From assembly GCA_030167865.1 (NCBI GenBank), contig JALAGF010006190.1:1-64000 (forward strand): a stretch of DNA of 64,000 nucleotides, given 5' to 3'. This document shows positions 1 through 13,022 of the stretch, one piece after another (within the stretch, counting starts at the first letter, position 1; the number at the start of each line of letters is the position of its first letter). The stretch is from Craspedostauros australis. Taxonomy: Eukaryota. The notes under the pieces were generated by a model that was not told where the DNA came from, made no database searches, and saw only the letters and a list, made by a program, of their open reading frames with translations. Made by a program: the position numbers and the translations under genes.

Positions 1-1219
1 TACGGACCTACTCATGGGATGTATTCCATCATTCTACGTTCGCCGGTGAATGCCGCCAGTGGAGTGTGGTGATCCCAGTCTTCTTTGTATGAAAGAGTGA
101 ATTGGTTCCACTAGCTACCACAAGCATGGGGGTGTTGGCATCTGTACACATGTACAATGCAGACGTCATCGACAGCAGCAACAGCTGACACAACAAACAT
201 CATCACAGCTCCGTAGTCATGAATCCACCATCAGCACGAAATCATACACACCACACACTCGCGATACTGACAAATTCAGACAACAATTGGACAACACCAT
301 GCATTTTGTCGGTAGAAACCATTTAATACAAATACAACACGATAATTGCACGATTCGGGAAATGGATGAGTGCAGCAATCAGTCAGAAATCACGTTTTCA
401 CGACGCAACCAAAACGACAACACCAAAAATTGTGCTTCGAAACGTAAAAACGGAAAAGGAAAATTCACAACACGACCAACGTGACGTGTTGGACAAACCC
501 TTCGGAAGCCCGAAGGCGTCATCAGTCAACAATAACTATGGCACTGCGTGAACCGACCATCATGATTGGCTGGTTGGTTCGTGGCGTTATGTCAAAGTTC
601 TTATTTGGTGGGAACGCAATGATGTCTGCGACAGGTCACGAAGACACCGATGTCCACAACACGAGGGGAGTTCTCATATTTCCTTTCAAACAAATATCGA
701 TTGTGTACTTGTGAACACAAGCAAAATGTCAAATAAAAAATCGATGTTTCGTGATTTTGTCATTGCGTCGTTCTTTGCATGTTGTACCATGTTGTATTTC
801 GTCTGTGGAACTGGAGGATGATTTGGACTTACGGAACAGAGTGTGACGTCACGATAAGAATTAACCGTCCAACCATTCGGACAAGTGAAAGCACACGAAC
901 CAACTCTTGCACAGTGTTTCAATGACAGAAACGCGGAGGCATGGCGCCAGACAAGCAGTCTAAATGTGGAAATGCTGTCCTCTGTTTGTATGGTACGTTT
1001 CATAATGTATCTACACACATTAGTATACCAATTCTTGATGGTACTCCGATGGGTACCGAAGGCCAACAAGGATGCGTCAGACCAGGGTGGGAGGAGACTG
1101 GGAAAAGGGTCTCCCGCAGCTCCCAAAGTTGGGCACTACGACACGGCGTCGAACCGATGACAAAAACGATAAGTTGCAATCATTTCGGAACGGAGGAATA
1201 TCCCTAATGAGTTTTTTGC

Positions 1220-1251
1220 TGACAAATTTGGCACATGTGCCAAATTTGTCA
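1220..1251. repeat. Perfect 32-bp palindrome in the left end of the MITE
   Basis: TGACAAATTTGGCACATGTGCCAAATTTGTCA is its own reverse complement. Confidence 0.95.
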
Positions 1252-1363
1252 CTTCTTTTGGGTTCGCATCAACAGCGCTCGTTGGCCTCCACGTGTAGGT
1301 GGCAAGATCGCATGCCAGACCAACATGGTCCTCCAGTGTGGTGGCTTCTCTCATTGTTTAACT

Positions 1364-1413
1364 NNNNNNNNNNNNNNNNNNNNNNNNNNNNNNNNNNNNN
1401 NNNNNNNNNNNNN
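1364..1413. other. Assembly gap (50 N) flanked by an identical 35-bp direct duplication
   Basis: TCCTCCAGTGTGGTGGCTTCTCTCATTGTTTAACT at 1329-1363 and 1414-1448, typical of unmerged overlapping contig ends. Confidence 0.9.
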
Positions 1414-1907
1414 TCCTCCAGTGTGGTGGCTTCTCTCATTGTTTAACTGGAACCTTCTGGCGCAGGCAATTTCCGCTGCAAACAAGGCCACATAAGGGAT
1501 TCAGAACCCAAAGGACATACCCCATAAATGAATTATTTATCGACAAGCCGGAACGCTTCGTGCATAGACACTGTTGAAAGACAATGATTGGATGAAAATC
1601 ACAGACTTCGCTTGGAAATAGCACTGAAACAAGTTCCGTGAAGCATCGAATAGTCTCACCGTCGTCGGAAACCAACCGAAGCACAAACGCCAATCCTGGA
1701 GAAACAACAATCAAGAGTTTTGAGGACACAAAAGCGCCTCTGCACGATAACGCTGTGTGGAAGTCGAAAAAACATTATCAGTACCATCTCAGCTGGCCGA
1801 TGCGAACACACAGGATGTGACAAATGTGGCACATCGATCCAAATTTGTCACATCAATGTGAAGTGCCAAATTTGTCACATCGGGAGCCCAAAATCTCATT
1901 AGGGATA

Positions 1908-2345
1908 TTAACTATCGTCGCCATTTTCGCTTTGCCTCGGCCTCCGCCACCGTATCGGAACTGTGGCTCGGCCAATCCTTTTCGCAGAGGCGCGATCAGC
2001 CAGCCTCGACTCAAGCGGCATCAACATCCTCGTATCACAACGTTCCTCCTTCGCAAAATCCAACACCGTGCTGCATGCCTTGTTCCGCAAATGGACATCA
2101 ATCTCATCCAACGTCATCAGATACTCGACCAGTGTCACATGATTTATCTTCACCGCACAGTGAAGCACCATGTCTCCGTCATTGTTCGACATGTTTGCAC
2201 CCACCTTCACGTCGCTCGATTCAACCAGCAGCCTCATCTTCTCCAGACGATCGCCATAGTTGTCGTAACTGTCGCTGTTGTCGGTATCGCTGTCGGTGCG
2301 ACGGATGCGGTGTGGTGTCACCAAGTGTTGCGTCCACTGAGTCAT
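1908..2345 (-). CDS. Small ankyrin-repeat protein (possibly partial or degenerate)
   Basis: 145-aa ORF with ankyrin-like segments: NNDGDMVLHCAVKINHVTLVEYLM...DVHLRNKACSTVLDFA. Confidence 0.5.
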   Translation of the reverse strand: MTQWTQHLVTPHRIRRTDSDTDNSDSYDNYGDRLEKMRLLVESSDVKVGANMSNNDGDMVLHCAVKINHVTLVEYLMTLDEIDVHLRNKACSTVLDFAKEERCDTRMLMPLESRLADRASAKRIGRATVPIRWRRPRQSENGDDS

Positions 2346-2805
2346 GATCTACCAAATCTTCTCTTGTCCACTGTTTTTTCACAAACTTTGGTTCGAAGTA
2401 ATCGATGTTGGATGTGGACCATCAAAATGCGAACACGTACTTGGGGTTCTCGTTGATGCGGAAACTCGTGTCACGACAACATGGAAGATTGTCGTCGACG
2501 CGGGTGCAAAATCAGAAGCAAAGGAACAAATCAGACACCAAGGTGCTGTTCTTCGTGCGTTCTTTGGATACAATCAAGAGTGAGAAATCAACGAAGGCAC
2601 CTCTCTCTCTCTCTCTCTGTCCGCTTCTCCCCTCTGTGCCTCCATCCACAACAGCGATGGCACCAGCAACACGACAAGAACAGGATCAGGATCTGAAGCC
2701 CTCACAATCCCACAGCTCGTGTTCGTATTCATCGATCGTACCATACCCATCCCATACATACCGTTCGGCACTCTCCCGTACCAGTATCCAAGACAAGAAG
2801 CAACC

Positions 2806-4972
2806 ATGAGCGTCTCCAACACGGCCTCCATCCCAACCCTGGCAGGTGCCTTCATCGGCCTCGACACGATCAAGAAGAAGACCGATGTCACCAACCGCAG
2901 AACCAAGATCTTCTGCACCATCGGACCAGCCTGCTGGGAGACCGAGCAGTTGGAGACTTTGATGGACAGCGGAATGAACGTTGCGCGGTTCAACTTCTCC
3001 CATGGCGATCACAAGGGTCACGGCGCCACCCTCGAGCGTCTGCGCACGGCCGCCAAGAACAAGCAGCGAAATATCGGTGCGTTCGGAGCTTGCAGCATTG
3101 CAGTGGCATTGTTCTTGCGTTTGTATTGTGCTGTTGCTCTGCTTGGGTGCTGTTGATTGCATTCTGATATTACTGGATCATCGGTTGATCTATCGGTTGA
3201 TTGGGCTCCTCTCCCGATTCGTATCAATGCCAACCGCAAGGAAGAAGGATACAGAGCCACCAAGCCGCACCCCCGAGGAGGAAGGAGGTGTCTTGTGGAC
3301 CAATGCTGTGGCCAAACTGCAAGTGTGGACGCCAGCACTTCCTTGGGTTTTGGTGCATCGTGCTCATTAATGAATGAGCGAACGAATGAATGGCGGTAGA
3401 AATGCAAACAATACCTTCATTTCATGAATTGCGATATAATCGCTGCACGATCAATCTCACACAGCACACACCTTTCCTCAACAAATTCATGTGCACAATA
3501 ACAATGCATACATTCAACAACGACGATCGCAATCCAAACAAATTCCAACGCAACTTACAATGCAACTTGCAATGCAATTACAAAATACCGCCACAGCCGT
3601 CTTGCTGGATACCAAGGGACCAGAGATCCGCACAGGATTCTTCGCGGATGGAGCAAAGAAAATCGATCTTGGCAAGGGTGACAGCATCACCTTGACGTCC
3701 GACTATTCCTTCAAGGGTGACAAGACCAAGCTCGCATGCTCCTACGAAAAGCTGGCCACCTCGGTCAAGAAGGGACAGTCCATCTTGGTGGCCGATGGAT
3801 CCTTGGTTCTCACGGTCCTTTCCTGCGACGTCGCGCAGGGCGAGGTCCTGTGCCGCATCGAGAACACGTGCTCACTTGGAGAGCGTAAGAACATGAACCT
3901 CCCAGGAGTCGTCGTAGATTTGCCAACCTTCACCGAAAAGGACGTCGATGACATCGTCAACTTCGGGATCAAGAACAAGGTCGACTTCATCGCCGCCTCC
4001 TTCGTGCGCAAGGGTGATGATGTCAAGAACCTCAGACAGCTCCTGTCCGACAACGGCGGTCAGAGCATCAAGATCATCTCCAAGATCGAAAACCAGGAGG
4101 GATTGGAGAACTACGACGAGATCCTGAGATACACGGACGGAATCATGGTGGCCCGTGGCGACCTCGGCATGGAGATCCCACCCTCCAAGGTATTCCTGGC
4201 GCAGAAGATGATGATTCGCAAGGCCAACATCGCCGGAAAGCCGGTCGTCACTGCCACCCAGATGCTGGAGAGCATGATCGTCAACCCACGCCCAACCCGC
4301 GCCGAGTGTTCCGATGTTGCCAACGCAGTGCTCGATGGAACCGACGCAGTTATGCTTTCTGGAGAAACCGCAAACGGTCCGTACTTTGAGCAGGCCGTTA
4401 AGGTCATGGCTCGCACATGCGTCGAGGCGGAGAACTCCCGCAACTACAACGCTCTGTTTCAGTCCGTCCGTAACTCCGTCATCAAGGATCACGGACATTT
4501 GGCCCATTCTGAATCCCTGGCCTCGTCTGCCGTCAAGACCGCCATCGATGTCAAGGCCCAGCTCATTGTCGTGCTGAGCGAGACCGGAACAACCGCCAGA
4601 TACGTTGCCAAGTTCCGCCCAGGCCTCATGGTCATCTGCCTCACACCAAACGCGGGTATCGCGCGACAGGCAAGCGGATTCTTCCAGGGCGTCCACGCGT
4701 TCCTCGTCGATAGCTTGGAGCACACGGAGACTCTGTCGACGGACGTCTCCATCGAAGCCATCAAGGCTGGCGTGGCCAAGGAGGGTGATTTGATGGTCAT
4801 CATCGCAGGTACCACCTACGGGCAGGGCGCCACAGATCAGATCCGTGTGGAGAGCATCTCTACTCACTACTGGGATGAGCCTGCCGACCACATGTCATCC
4901 AGCCAGGCCGTCGGCCGCAACTATTCGGATGGCCACTTGAAGGCAGGATTCCAGATCCCAAAGTTCGCCTAA
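2806..4972 (+). CDS. PK: Pyruvate kinase, copy 1 (2 exons: 2806-3076, 3597-4972), probably cytosolic
   Basis: Motifs TKIFCTIGPA, ARFNFSHG, LLDTKGPEIRTG, KIENQEG, MVARGDLG, ATQMLESM, DAVMLSGETA. A phase-1 GTGCGT...CAG intron restores NI-AVLLDTK. No obvious targeting peptide. Confidence 0.96.
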
Positions 4973-7264
4973 AGCGTAGCGCATGACGCATCTGACAGGA
5001 TGACTGGTTGATTCGTTGGCTTTTCGCATTAGTCTGCGTCCTCGTGTCTTGCCATTACGCGGAGACGTGGTTGTTTAGAAACAACTCCACGGATCTCGCA
5101 TGAAGCGACGCATCATGGCTGACCACGCCTCCAGAAACGAGCTACTCAGCAGACTCGTATGGTGCGGGTACGACGGAAACACAGTACAATAATCGGCCGC
5201 TCATTGTTGGAGCAGGCTCATTCGAATTTTGATCATGTTAACAACGCAATAACTGAAACACACAATCAAATGCAATACACTTCCATCATCCTTGCTGTTG
5301 CTGTCGACGTCGGCATCGGGTTCATTCGCGCGGCATGGGGTCATCGAAACTGGCGAGCGTCATTGTCGGTCTCTGTCCAGTTCGCGTGTATGGTATGGTA
5401 GAGCATGGCAGTAGCCTTGGGGGAGGCGCAGCTTGTTCCAGGAGATGAATTTGCAGTGGTGGTGGTTGTGGTTGCGGTTGCGATTTGCCAACCTGACCAG
5501 AAGATGAATCGCAGACTGGATCGTGTGGTGGTGTTCGGGTTTCCTGTGCGCAACGCAAATCAGAACCCTTTCGCCCATGGGAGAAGGTACGACCATCATT
5601 CGCCATTCTCGCAACTGCAACAACTTCCGCCTTTGGAACGGAGATTTGGTCATTTCTGTTGCAGCTGGTTGCGATCGCCCACCCGTTCGTCCGAGAATAG
5701 CGCAAATTCGTGACAGATGGGAATGCCTTCTGGCTTCCTTCTGCTCCGGTAGTGCCCATTCCGGGGCGCTCTCAGCTGCCTGTCTGATCGCGCCATGCGC
5801 ACGTTCTGCGTCATTGGCAATAGCGTCGACAGAACGCTTTTCTTCCGCCCGGACGTGTACTTGTAGCATGGAGGCTCCAACGATTTGTCCTGTGTGTTCT
5901 TCTTGTGCAATCGTGAAGAGTGGGAAATAGAGCAATAGAAGACTCTACTCCGAGAACAGCGAAGAGAAGGCCACGAAACCACGAGGAGGCAACAAACACA
6001 AGAGGAGGCGCCAGAGAGTGGATCCGCAGATTCATGCAACGGAAGGAACGTTCTCGCCCAAAGGGAGGAGCTTCCTGCCTTCCTTCGCTTCTTCGCCTCT
6101 GCCATCGAATCGTGAAGATCTCCCATCGTGGTCGAATTCGTGGGACACAAGAACGAAGGAACACAAGCAGATGCGAAATGCGAAATGATGGACATGCGCG
6201 ATGCGCATCAAGTGCATGTGTTGACAGAAGAGAGATTCAACAGAATTCAAAGATACCATCGATCATCCATCCATCCCATCAGCTCAGCGTTGACATCAGC
6301 TCAACGTTGACATCAACGAAACGTCAACATCGCAGACGTTGCCACCAAGGAGATCAATGACATGATGATGACATGGTGATGACAGATGAGGGATCTCGCC
6401 CGCCGTCACGTCTCTTGGCGCGCACATCATCCGTGCGTGACGTGACGTCGGGGAACAAATCAAAAGCGCAAAAGGTATCTTCCGGCCTCTTGCACTGTTG
6501 TATTTTGTGGGTTGGATACGGGTGTAATTTCAAGTTCTTTGCAGATTCTCAACCGCCGGCAGCCAACCATTCCGTTCGGTTGATTCCTTGCACTTTCATT
6601 GGGCTATTTACCAGAACGTCATTCAGGGTATCTCTCAAGTCGTGTCTGTAGTTCTCGAACAACCAATCAAAAGCGAACACGACGAGCCAAAACACAGTCC
6701 CTTTCGCCAAACCTCCGCGAAGGACAGGCAGGCGACACAAAAGGAAAGAAAACACACGAAATTCCCCATGTCTTTCGCGCACGCACGCAGCGCCACACAC
6801 GACAACAAAAATCCAACACAAACGCAAAGAGGCCACTTGGCGCATGCCACATGGGCCTCTCTTTGCGCGACACATCACCCTCCAACCAACCAACCAACTG
6901 GTGGCCAACCAAAGAACAAACAAGTGCAGAAGAAAAGAAAAAGACCAAAACCAAAGTCACGCGAACCGCCCGAGGACCACAACATCGGGCACTTTTTGGT
7001 CTTGTCATTGCGAGACATCACACCAACAGCAACACCAACGTCGACAACACCAACAACACCAACAACAACCACACCACCGCAATCCACTGCAACGAAGCAC
7101 GACGCTGCACGATGCTGCGCGGTGGAAGATGCGCAACAGAAAACTGAGAAAACAGAGATTCGTTCTCCTCATCCATCTCTGGTCATAACTTGATTCTCGC
7201 AACAACTTCACAACAGTTCCCAAACTTCACCTCAACCTATCACCCACCACCAACAACTACAATC

Positions 7265-9431
7265 ATGCAGTCCCAAACCAACACAGGAGGAGGCCCAGAA
7301 CTTCGCGGATCCAACATCACCCTCGAGCGCGTCCTCGCCCCAACCGACACCAGCCACCGCCAGACCAAGATCGTCTGCACGCTCGGGCCAGCATGCTGGG
7401 ACGTCCCAAAGCTCGAGGAGCTCATCGAGCACGGACTCAGCGTCGCTCGGTTCAACTTCTCCCACGGAGATCACGAGGCACACAAGGCCTGCCTTGACCG
7501 TCTTCGTCAGGCTGCCTCCAACAAGAAGACGCATGTCGGTGCGTCACATTGTCACAACCTCGGGAAGCGCAAAGACGCCTCCATATTTGTTCGTCGTCTG
7601 ATCGATCCTTCGATCGAAGCCGCATCCCATGGGATGTTCGATGCACAGTGCCCACTGCAGTGTCCAATGCATTGTTCCATTTGCCTTCTGTTGACAATGC
7701 GATAATCCGTCGGCCCAAAATCATTTTTTGGTCAATTTGTCTGCCGAATGTGCAATTGCACCACACTTGCGAGTACAGCTCTGTCATCCATCATCGACAT
7801 CGTCGCCATGCCATCGCCGTACTCGCACCAGTCCTATTACTACTGTTATTGCTAATACTGGTACACATGCCAAACCACCACGCTCACATCATCTTCCAAT
7901 CCTTCGATTCCCATCCACCACTCCGCTCTTCCATTGGACTTGCTGGGACTTTCTCGTCCTGCCTGCGTCTGCGTCCTTTATCTTCTGGAATTCACCCTCT
8001 GATGATGACTGATCGTACACCAATGACGACTTGATTGCCGTGCTTTGTATCCTTACTCAAAATCTATCGACCCACGGTATGGCGGGTGCAATCGATTGCG
8101 ATCAAATTCATCAACGATGACGATTACGCCATCATCTTAATTCATTCATCGACCGCCACACGCCAACAGCCGTCTTGTTGGACACCAAGGGACCAGAGAT
8201 TCGATCTGGATTCTTCGCCGATGGTGCCAAGAAGATCAACCTCACGAAGGGACAGAACCTCATCCTCACCTCCGACTACTCCTTCAAGGGAGATTCCAAC
8301 AAGCTCGCATGCTCCTACCCAACCATGGCCTCGTCTGTCAAGCCAGGCCAGCCAATCCTCGTCGCTGATGGATCTTTGGTCCTCACCGTCCTCTCGTGCG
8401 ACGCCAGTGTCAACGAGATCACTTGCCGTGTCGAGAACACCTGCTCCATCGGAGAGCGCAAGAACATGAACCTCCCAGGAGTCGTCGTCGACCTCCCAAC
8501 CCTCACCGAGAAGGACATCTCCGACATCACCGACTGGGGTATTCCAAACGGAATCGACTTCATCGCAGCCTCCTTCGTGCGCAAGGCTGAGGATGTCCAC
8601 AAGATCCGCGAGATCCTCGGACCAGACCACCAGGGCGTCAAGATCATCTGCAAGATCGAGAACCAGGAGGGACTCGAGAACTACGACGAGATCCTCGAGG
8701 CCACCGACGGTATCATGGTCGCCCGTGGTGACCTCGGTATGGAGATCCCACCAGAGAAGGTCTTCCTGGCGCAGAAGATGATGATCCGCAAGGCCAACAT
8801 CGTCGGAAAGCCAGTCATCACCGCCACGCAGATGCTCGAGAGTATGATCGTCAACCCACGCCCAACGCGTGCCGAATGCTCCGATGTCGCCAACGCCGTC
8901 CTCGACGGAACTGACTGCGTCATGCTTTCCGGAGAGACCGCCGGAGGAGAGCACCCAACCGCCGCCGTCAAGATCATGGCGGAGACATGCTGCGAGGCCG
9001 AGTCCGCCGTCAACTTCAACTCCCTCTACCAGGCCGTCCGTAACTCCTCCCTCAACAAGTACGGAAACCTCAGCACATCGGAGTCCATCGCTTCGTCCGC
9101 CGTCAAGACCGCCATCGACATCAACGCCAAGGGAATCATCGTGTGCTCCGAATCCGGAAACACCGCCCAGCAGGTGGCCAAATTCCGCTCCGGACGCGCA
9201 GTCATCGTCCTCACCCAGAGCGAACGCGTCGCTCGCCAGTGCTACGGTGTCATGAAGGGCTGCAAGGCTCGCGTCCTCCCATCCCTGGAGGCCACCGACA
9301 AGATTGTGTCGGAGGAGATCGAGAGCCTCAAGACGGCGGGAGAGGCCGGAGCCGGCGATGCCATCGTCGTCGTCTTTGGACAGTCCTCGCGTCAAGGCGC
9401 AACCAACACCATGCGCATCCAGTACGCATAA
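7265..9431 (+). CDS. PK: Pyruvate kinase, copy 2 (2 exons: 7265-7538, 8170-9431), probably cytosolic
   Basis: Same PK motifs (TKIVCTLGPA, ARFNFSHG, LDTKGPEIR, ARGDLG, DCVMLSGETA). Intron at the same position and phase as in copy 1. Confidence 0.96.
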
Positions 9432-10002
9432 ACGCCTGTCATATTGGTACGAATGGTGACATAGAGACAACTTAAACGTTAGCAAACGACGGTACTACGA
9501 TACTATACAACATCATGCTAGTTCGCCTCGTTGACATGACAATCAAGCAAGGCAGTCAAACAATTCAATAACATCAAGAGCCGCAAAAACAACAGGAGCA
9601 GTGAGAACAGATCTTGATGAGCCTCAACTGATTAATACAATAGAATATGAGTGTGAAAATGAAGCCGTGTGCAGCAAGGAGTCTGGTGTGCAATTGCAGA
9701 CACTGGGGTATCGTGCTCTCCAACTTCGAATCAACCGCTGCATACCAAACGTCAGACGCTCGCTTCATCAGAACGGGATGGGCGCGGCACACCAAATCGC
9801 AACAACAACCACGTACAATAACGACAGAAGCGGCAACAAGTATCCAAGACAAAGGAAGCGCATCATCGACTTCACGTTACGAGTATGTTGCCAGTGGCCG
9901 AATTGAGGAGTGAATCTACCAATAAACTACGAGTGTTATGGTAAGCAGGTAAGAGCGGGAACTCTGCATACATAGAGCAAGTCTGTCAACTTGTTTGACT
10001 CT

Positions 10003-12981
10003 CTATACTGGGAGTCCTCCACGGCGAGGTCCCATGACATTCTCGGCTTCCTTCTTCTGGCCCAAACCGCAGATATTTTGACACTTCAGGTCAGCGTACG
10101 CCTGCGTCAAGCGAGCGACGGTGTTGGCCTCGGCGGATCGCAGGCATTCACGTGGCTGTGGTTGTGGAAGGGAATCGATGTATTTTGATGATGGAAGGAA
10201 GGAAGAATATTTGTGTTGCATTGCATTGGATTAAGTGACGTTGTTGCATTACGTTGGATTGAAGCGTCAATCCAAAGTTATGTGGGCCACAAAAGAGATC
10301 ATGATGGGTGAGTGTGAGTGAACTTGCGGCAAAGACAAATGAAGAATAGAATGGTGATGATGATTGAGAGCAAACGCCATAAAACCCCCCAGACAACTCG
10401 TCACACAACACAGCACAACACAAACGATACGTACATCGTAGTACTTCTTGTTTGGCTTGTCGTCGCCCTCTGGATTTCCGATCTGTCCCTGCAGGTAACC
10501 GTGGTACTTGGCCTCGAAGTCCTTGATACCCTCCCAGTAGCTCCACTGCGTGTCGGTGTCGATGTTCATCTTGATGGTTCCGTATCCGATGGCCTCCTGG
10601 ATGTCCGAGACGTCGGAACCGGAGCCACCGTGGAAGACGAAGGCGACTGGAAGGCCGCTCTCTGGGGCGTCGTCGCCGAGCTTCTCGGTGATGTACTTCT
10701 GTGCCTTGTCGAGGATCTTTGGCTCGAGCTTGACATTGCCTGGCTTGTAGACGCCGTGGACGTTACCGAAGGCGGCGGCGACCGTGAACTTGTCGGAGAC
10801 CTTGGTGAGCTCCTCGTAGACCTGGTAGATCTCCTCCGGCTTGGAGTAGAGGTCCTCGATGGGTCGGTCGGTGTTGTCGACTCCGTCCTCCTCTCCGCCG
10901 GTGATACCGAGCTCCATTTCCAGCAGCAGACCGATCTTGTCCATGCGCTCGAGGTAGTCCTTGCAGATTTGGATGTTCTCCTCGATGGGTTCCTCCGAGA
11001 GGTCGATCATGTGGGATGAGAAGAGCGGTTCGCCGTGCTTTTCGAAGTAACGCTCGGAGGCGGCGATGAGGCCGTCGATCCATGGCAGGAGCTGCTTGGA
11101 GCAGTGGTCGGTGTGGAGGATGACTGGGACTCCGTACTGCTCGGCCATGGTGCGGACGTGGAAGGCTCCGGAGATGGCGCCGGCGATGCATGCCCTGTAG
11201 TTGGTGTTGTCAACTCCCTTGCCGGCGTAGAAGTTGGATCCGCCGGAGGAGAATTGGATCATGATGGGTGCGTCGTTCTCACGGGCAGCCTCGAGGCAGG
11301 CGTTGATGCTGGAGGATGTGACGCAGTTGACGGCCGGGATGGCGTATCCTGCGCGTGATCAAATCGCGTGTTGTGGTGTGTGGTATTCGGTTGGTTGTTT
11401 GGTTCATTCATTGGTTGGTCATGAATTCGTGACGTTTGCGTTGCGTTGTGCACCAACCATCATGGAGTTGCGCATTGCATTTTGTCGGTTCCAATGAATG
11501 CAGGCATGCATCAGCCGTCGCAGGGTTGATTTGCGTGGATTCATGGGTGGCCAGCACAGGGTGACGAGGAAGCAATGCCGATGCAGATACCAACACACAC
11601 GATCATGATCATGAATCGCATTGCACCAAGCAGATTGATGATGGTGAGGGTCCATGCATGATCGGCAATGGATGGCGCGATGCATACGTTGAGCCAACAA
11701 ATCGGCATGTGAATGAATGAATTCGGAAGATGGACAGCGAGAATCGGAGAGTGTGAGATGATGACGTCTGGGGAGTTTCAGGTTTGCATTTTCGCAGATG
11801 AAAGCTGGATGCAGGATTGCTGTGCCATGATGAGTGGATAGCAGCAACATCTGTTGCATTCATCATCGCCGAGCGTGGGTCTATAGTTGATGGCATAAAC
11901 CTTCAGAGTGTTGGTGGGTGCGTGGGTGTGACTCGCGCATGACTGGTGCAACGCAGCACCAATGAGATTTGAGCTAGAGACACCAGGTATAGAGAGCTCA
12001 AGGTGCGCAAGTCTGGACGTCTGGGCCCATCCCGTTGTTCATCGGAACATGTTGTTTGGATGGCACGTCATCGTCGTTTGTCGAAGCATCTGATATGACA
12101 TTGAATTGAATTGGATGGGATTGGTTGTTGCTGCTGTTGCAGTTGCGTGTCATAATTTGGTGTTGATGTTGACGATGAATGGTAGAGCAGTCGTGATGAT
12201 GTTGACGTCGATGAATCTGTGATGAACCGAACCCGATGATCGGCTTTCGCTGCTGAGCCATCCGTTCCGGTGGTTGTCGGCGGCTGCGATGGAATCTTTG
12301 GGGGTGTAGCCAGCCATCGGAGGGTAATGAATGCCCTGGAATTGCTCCTGCGCGTCTCGAATGAGAGGAGGTGCCGTCCACAGATGCATGCACAGGATGA
12401 ACGGCTTCTAACGAGCGTCTTGACAGCCTGACACCTGCGATATCTGGTGGCAGCTTTTGATTCACTCATCATCCGCTCAATGACCACTCAACATCCACCC
12501 ATGTGCGCCCAATCCAATCCAATTCAATTGAACTCAACTCAATTGAACTCAATCCAGAGTAGAGCAGAGTAGTCCAATTGAACTCAACCAAGCTCGGCTC
12601 GATTTCACATGCACCCATCCGATGGCAATCCATCCAACCAACATGATGGAACGGAAGAGGACATACGCAGCACAGTGCAGCACAGTAGAGTGCAGCAGTG
12701 TAGAGTGATGCACAAGATTGAAAGAAAGAGACAACAACGAACTCACCGTTCTCCTTGGCATGATTCAAGAGATCCACCAGAGCCTGTCCAGAGACAACAC
12801 CTGGATGCACGCTGTCTGGGAGGTTGGGGAAGGAGTCCAAGGCGCATTCCTCTTCGCATGGAATGCCAACCTCCTCGCTCATGGCGCCCTTGTGCAGGGT
12901 GGTGATTGGACGTCCGACCTGAGCGGATGGAGCAAAGGCGGCGACGCCGGAAACGAGCAGAGCAGCGATAGCGAGCTTCAT
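10003..12981 (-). CDS. FBA: Plastid-targeted class II fructose-bisphosphate aldolase, FBAC2-like (3 exons: 12981-12747, 11348-10435, 10155-10003)
   Basis: Presequence MKLAIAALLVSGVAA|FAP. Class II motifs YAIPAVN, LHTDHC, SSHMIDLS, FGNVHGVY, FVFHGGSG, KMNIDTD, PNKKYYDPR. GT/AG junctions keep the frame. The C1/C2 label is from recall of Phaeodactylum paralogues and is less certain than the family call. Confidence 0.93.
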
Positions 12982-13022
12982 GGCTCTCTTCTTCTTCTTG
13001 TTCCTCGTGAGGTGTATGTATT

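Larger units (their letters stand above)
1202..1904. mobile_element. Non-autonomous piggyBac-like DNA transposon (MITE) with ATAT target-site duplication
   Basis: Terminal inverted repeats CCCTAATGAG (1202-1211) and CTCATTAGGG (1895-1904), flanked by ATAT on both sides (1198-1201, 1905-1908). Subterminal copies of GTGCCAAATTTGTCA occur at both ends (1220-1251, 1817-1881). No transposase ORF. Contains a 50-N gap. Confidence 0.75.

Noticed and set aside
1329..1448. 35-bp direct repeat around the N run, as a biological repeat or CRISPR-like unit
   Set aside because: Exactly two copies abut a 50-N scaffold gap, which is the signature of an assembly overlap.
5322..6195. Possible minus-strand gene between the two PK copies
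   Set aside because: Overlapping short ORFs in different frames, with no domain and no consistent splice model that I could build.
6588..7193. ORFs of 100-240 aa in CAA/ACA-rich promoter regions (also 35395-36126 and 48584-49526)
   Set aside because: Stop-poor low-complexity upstream sequence with no protein-like features.
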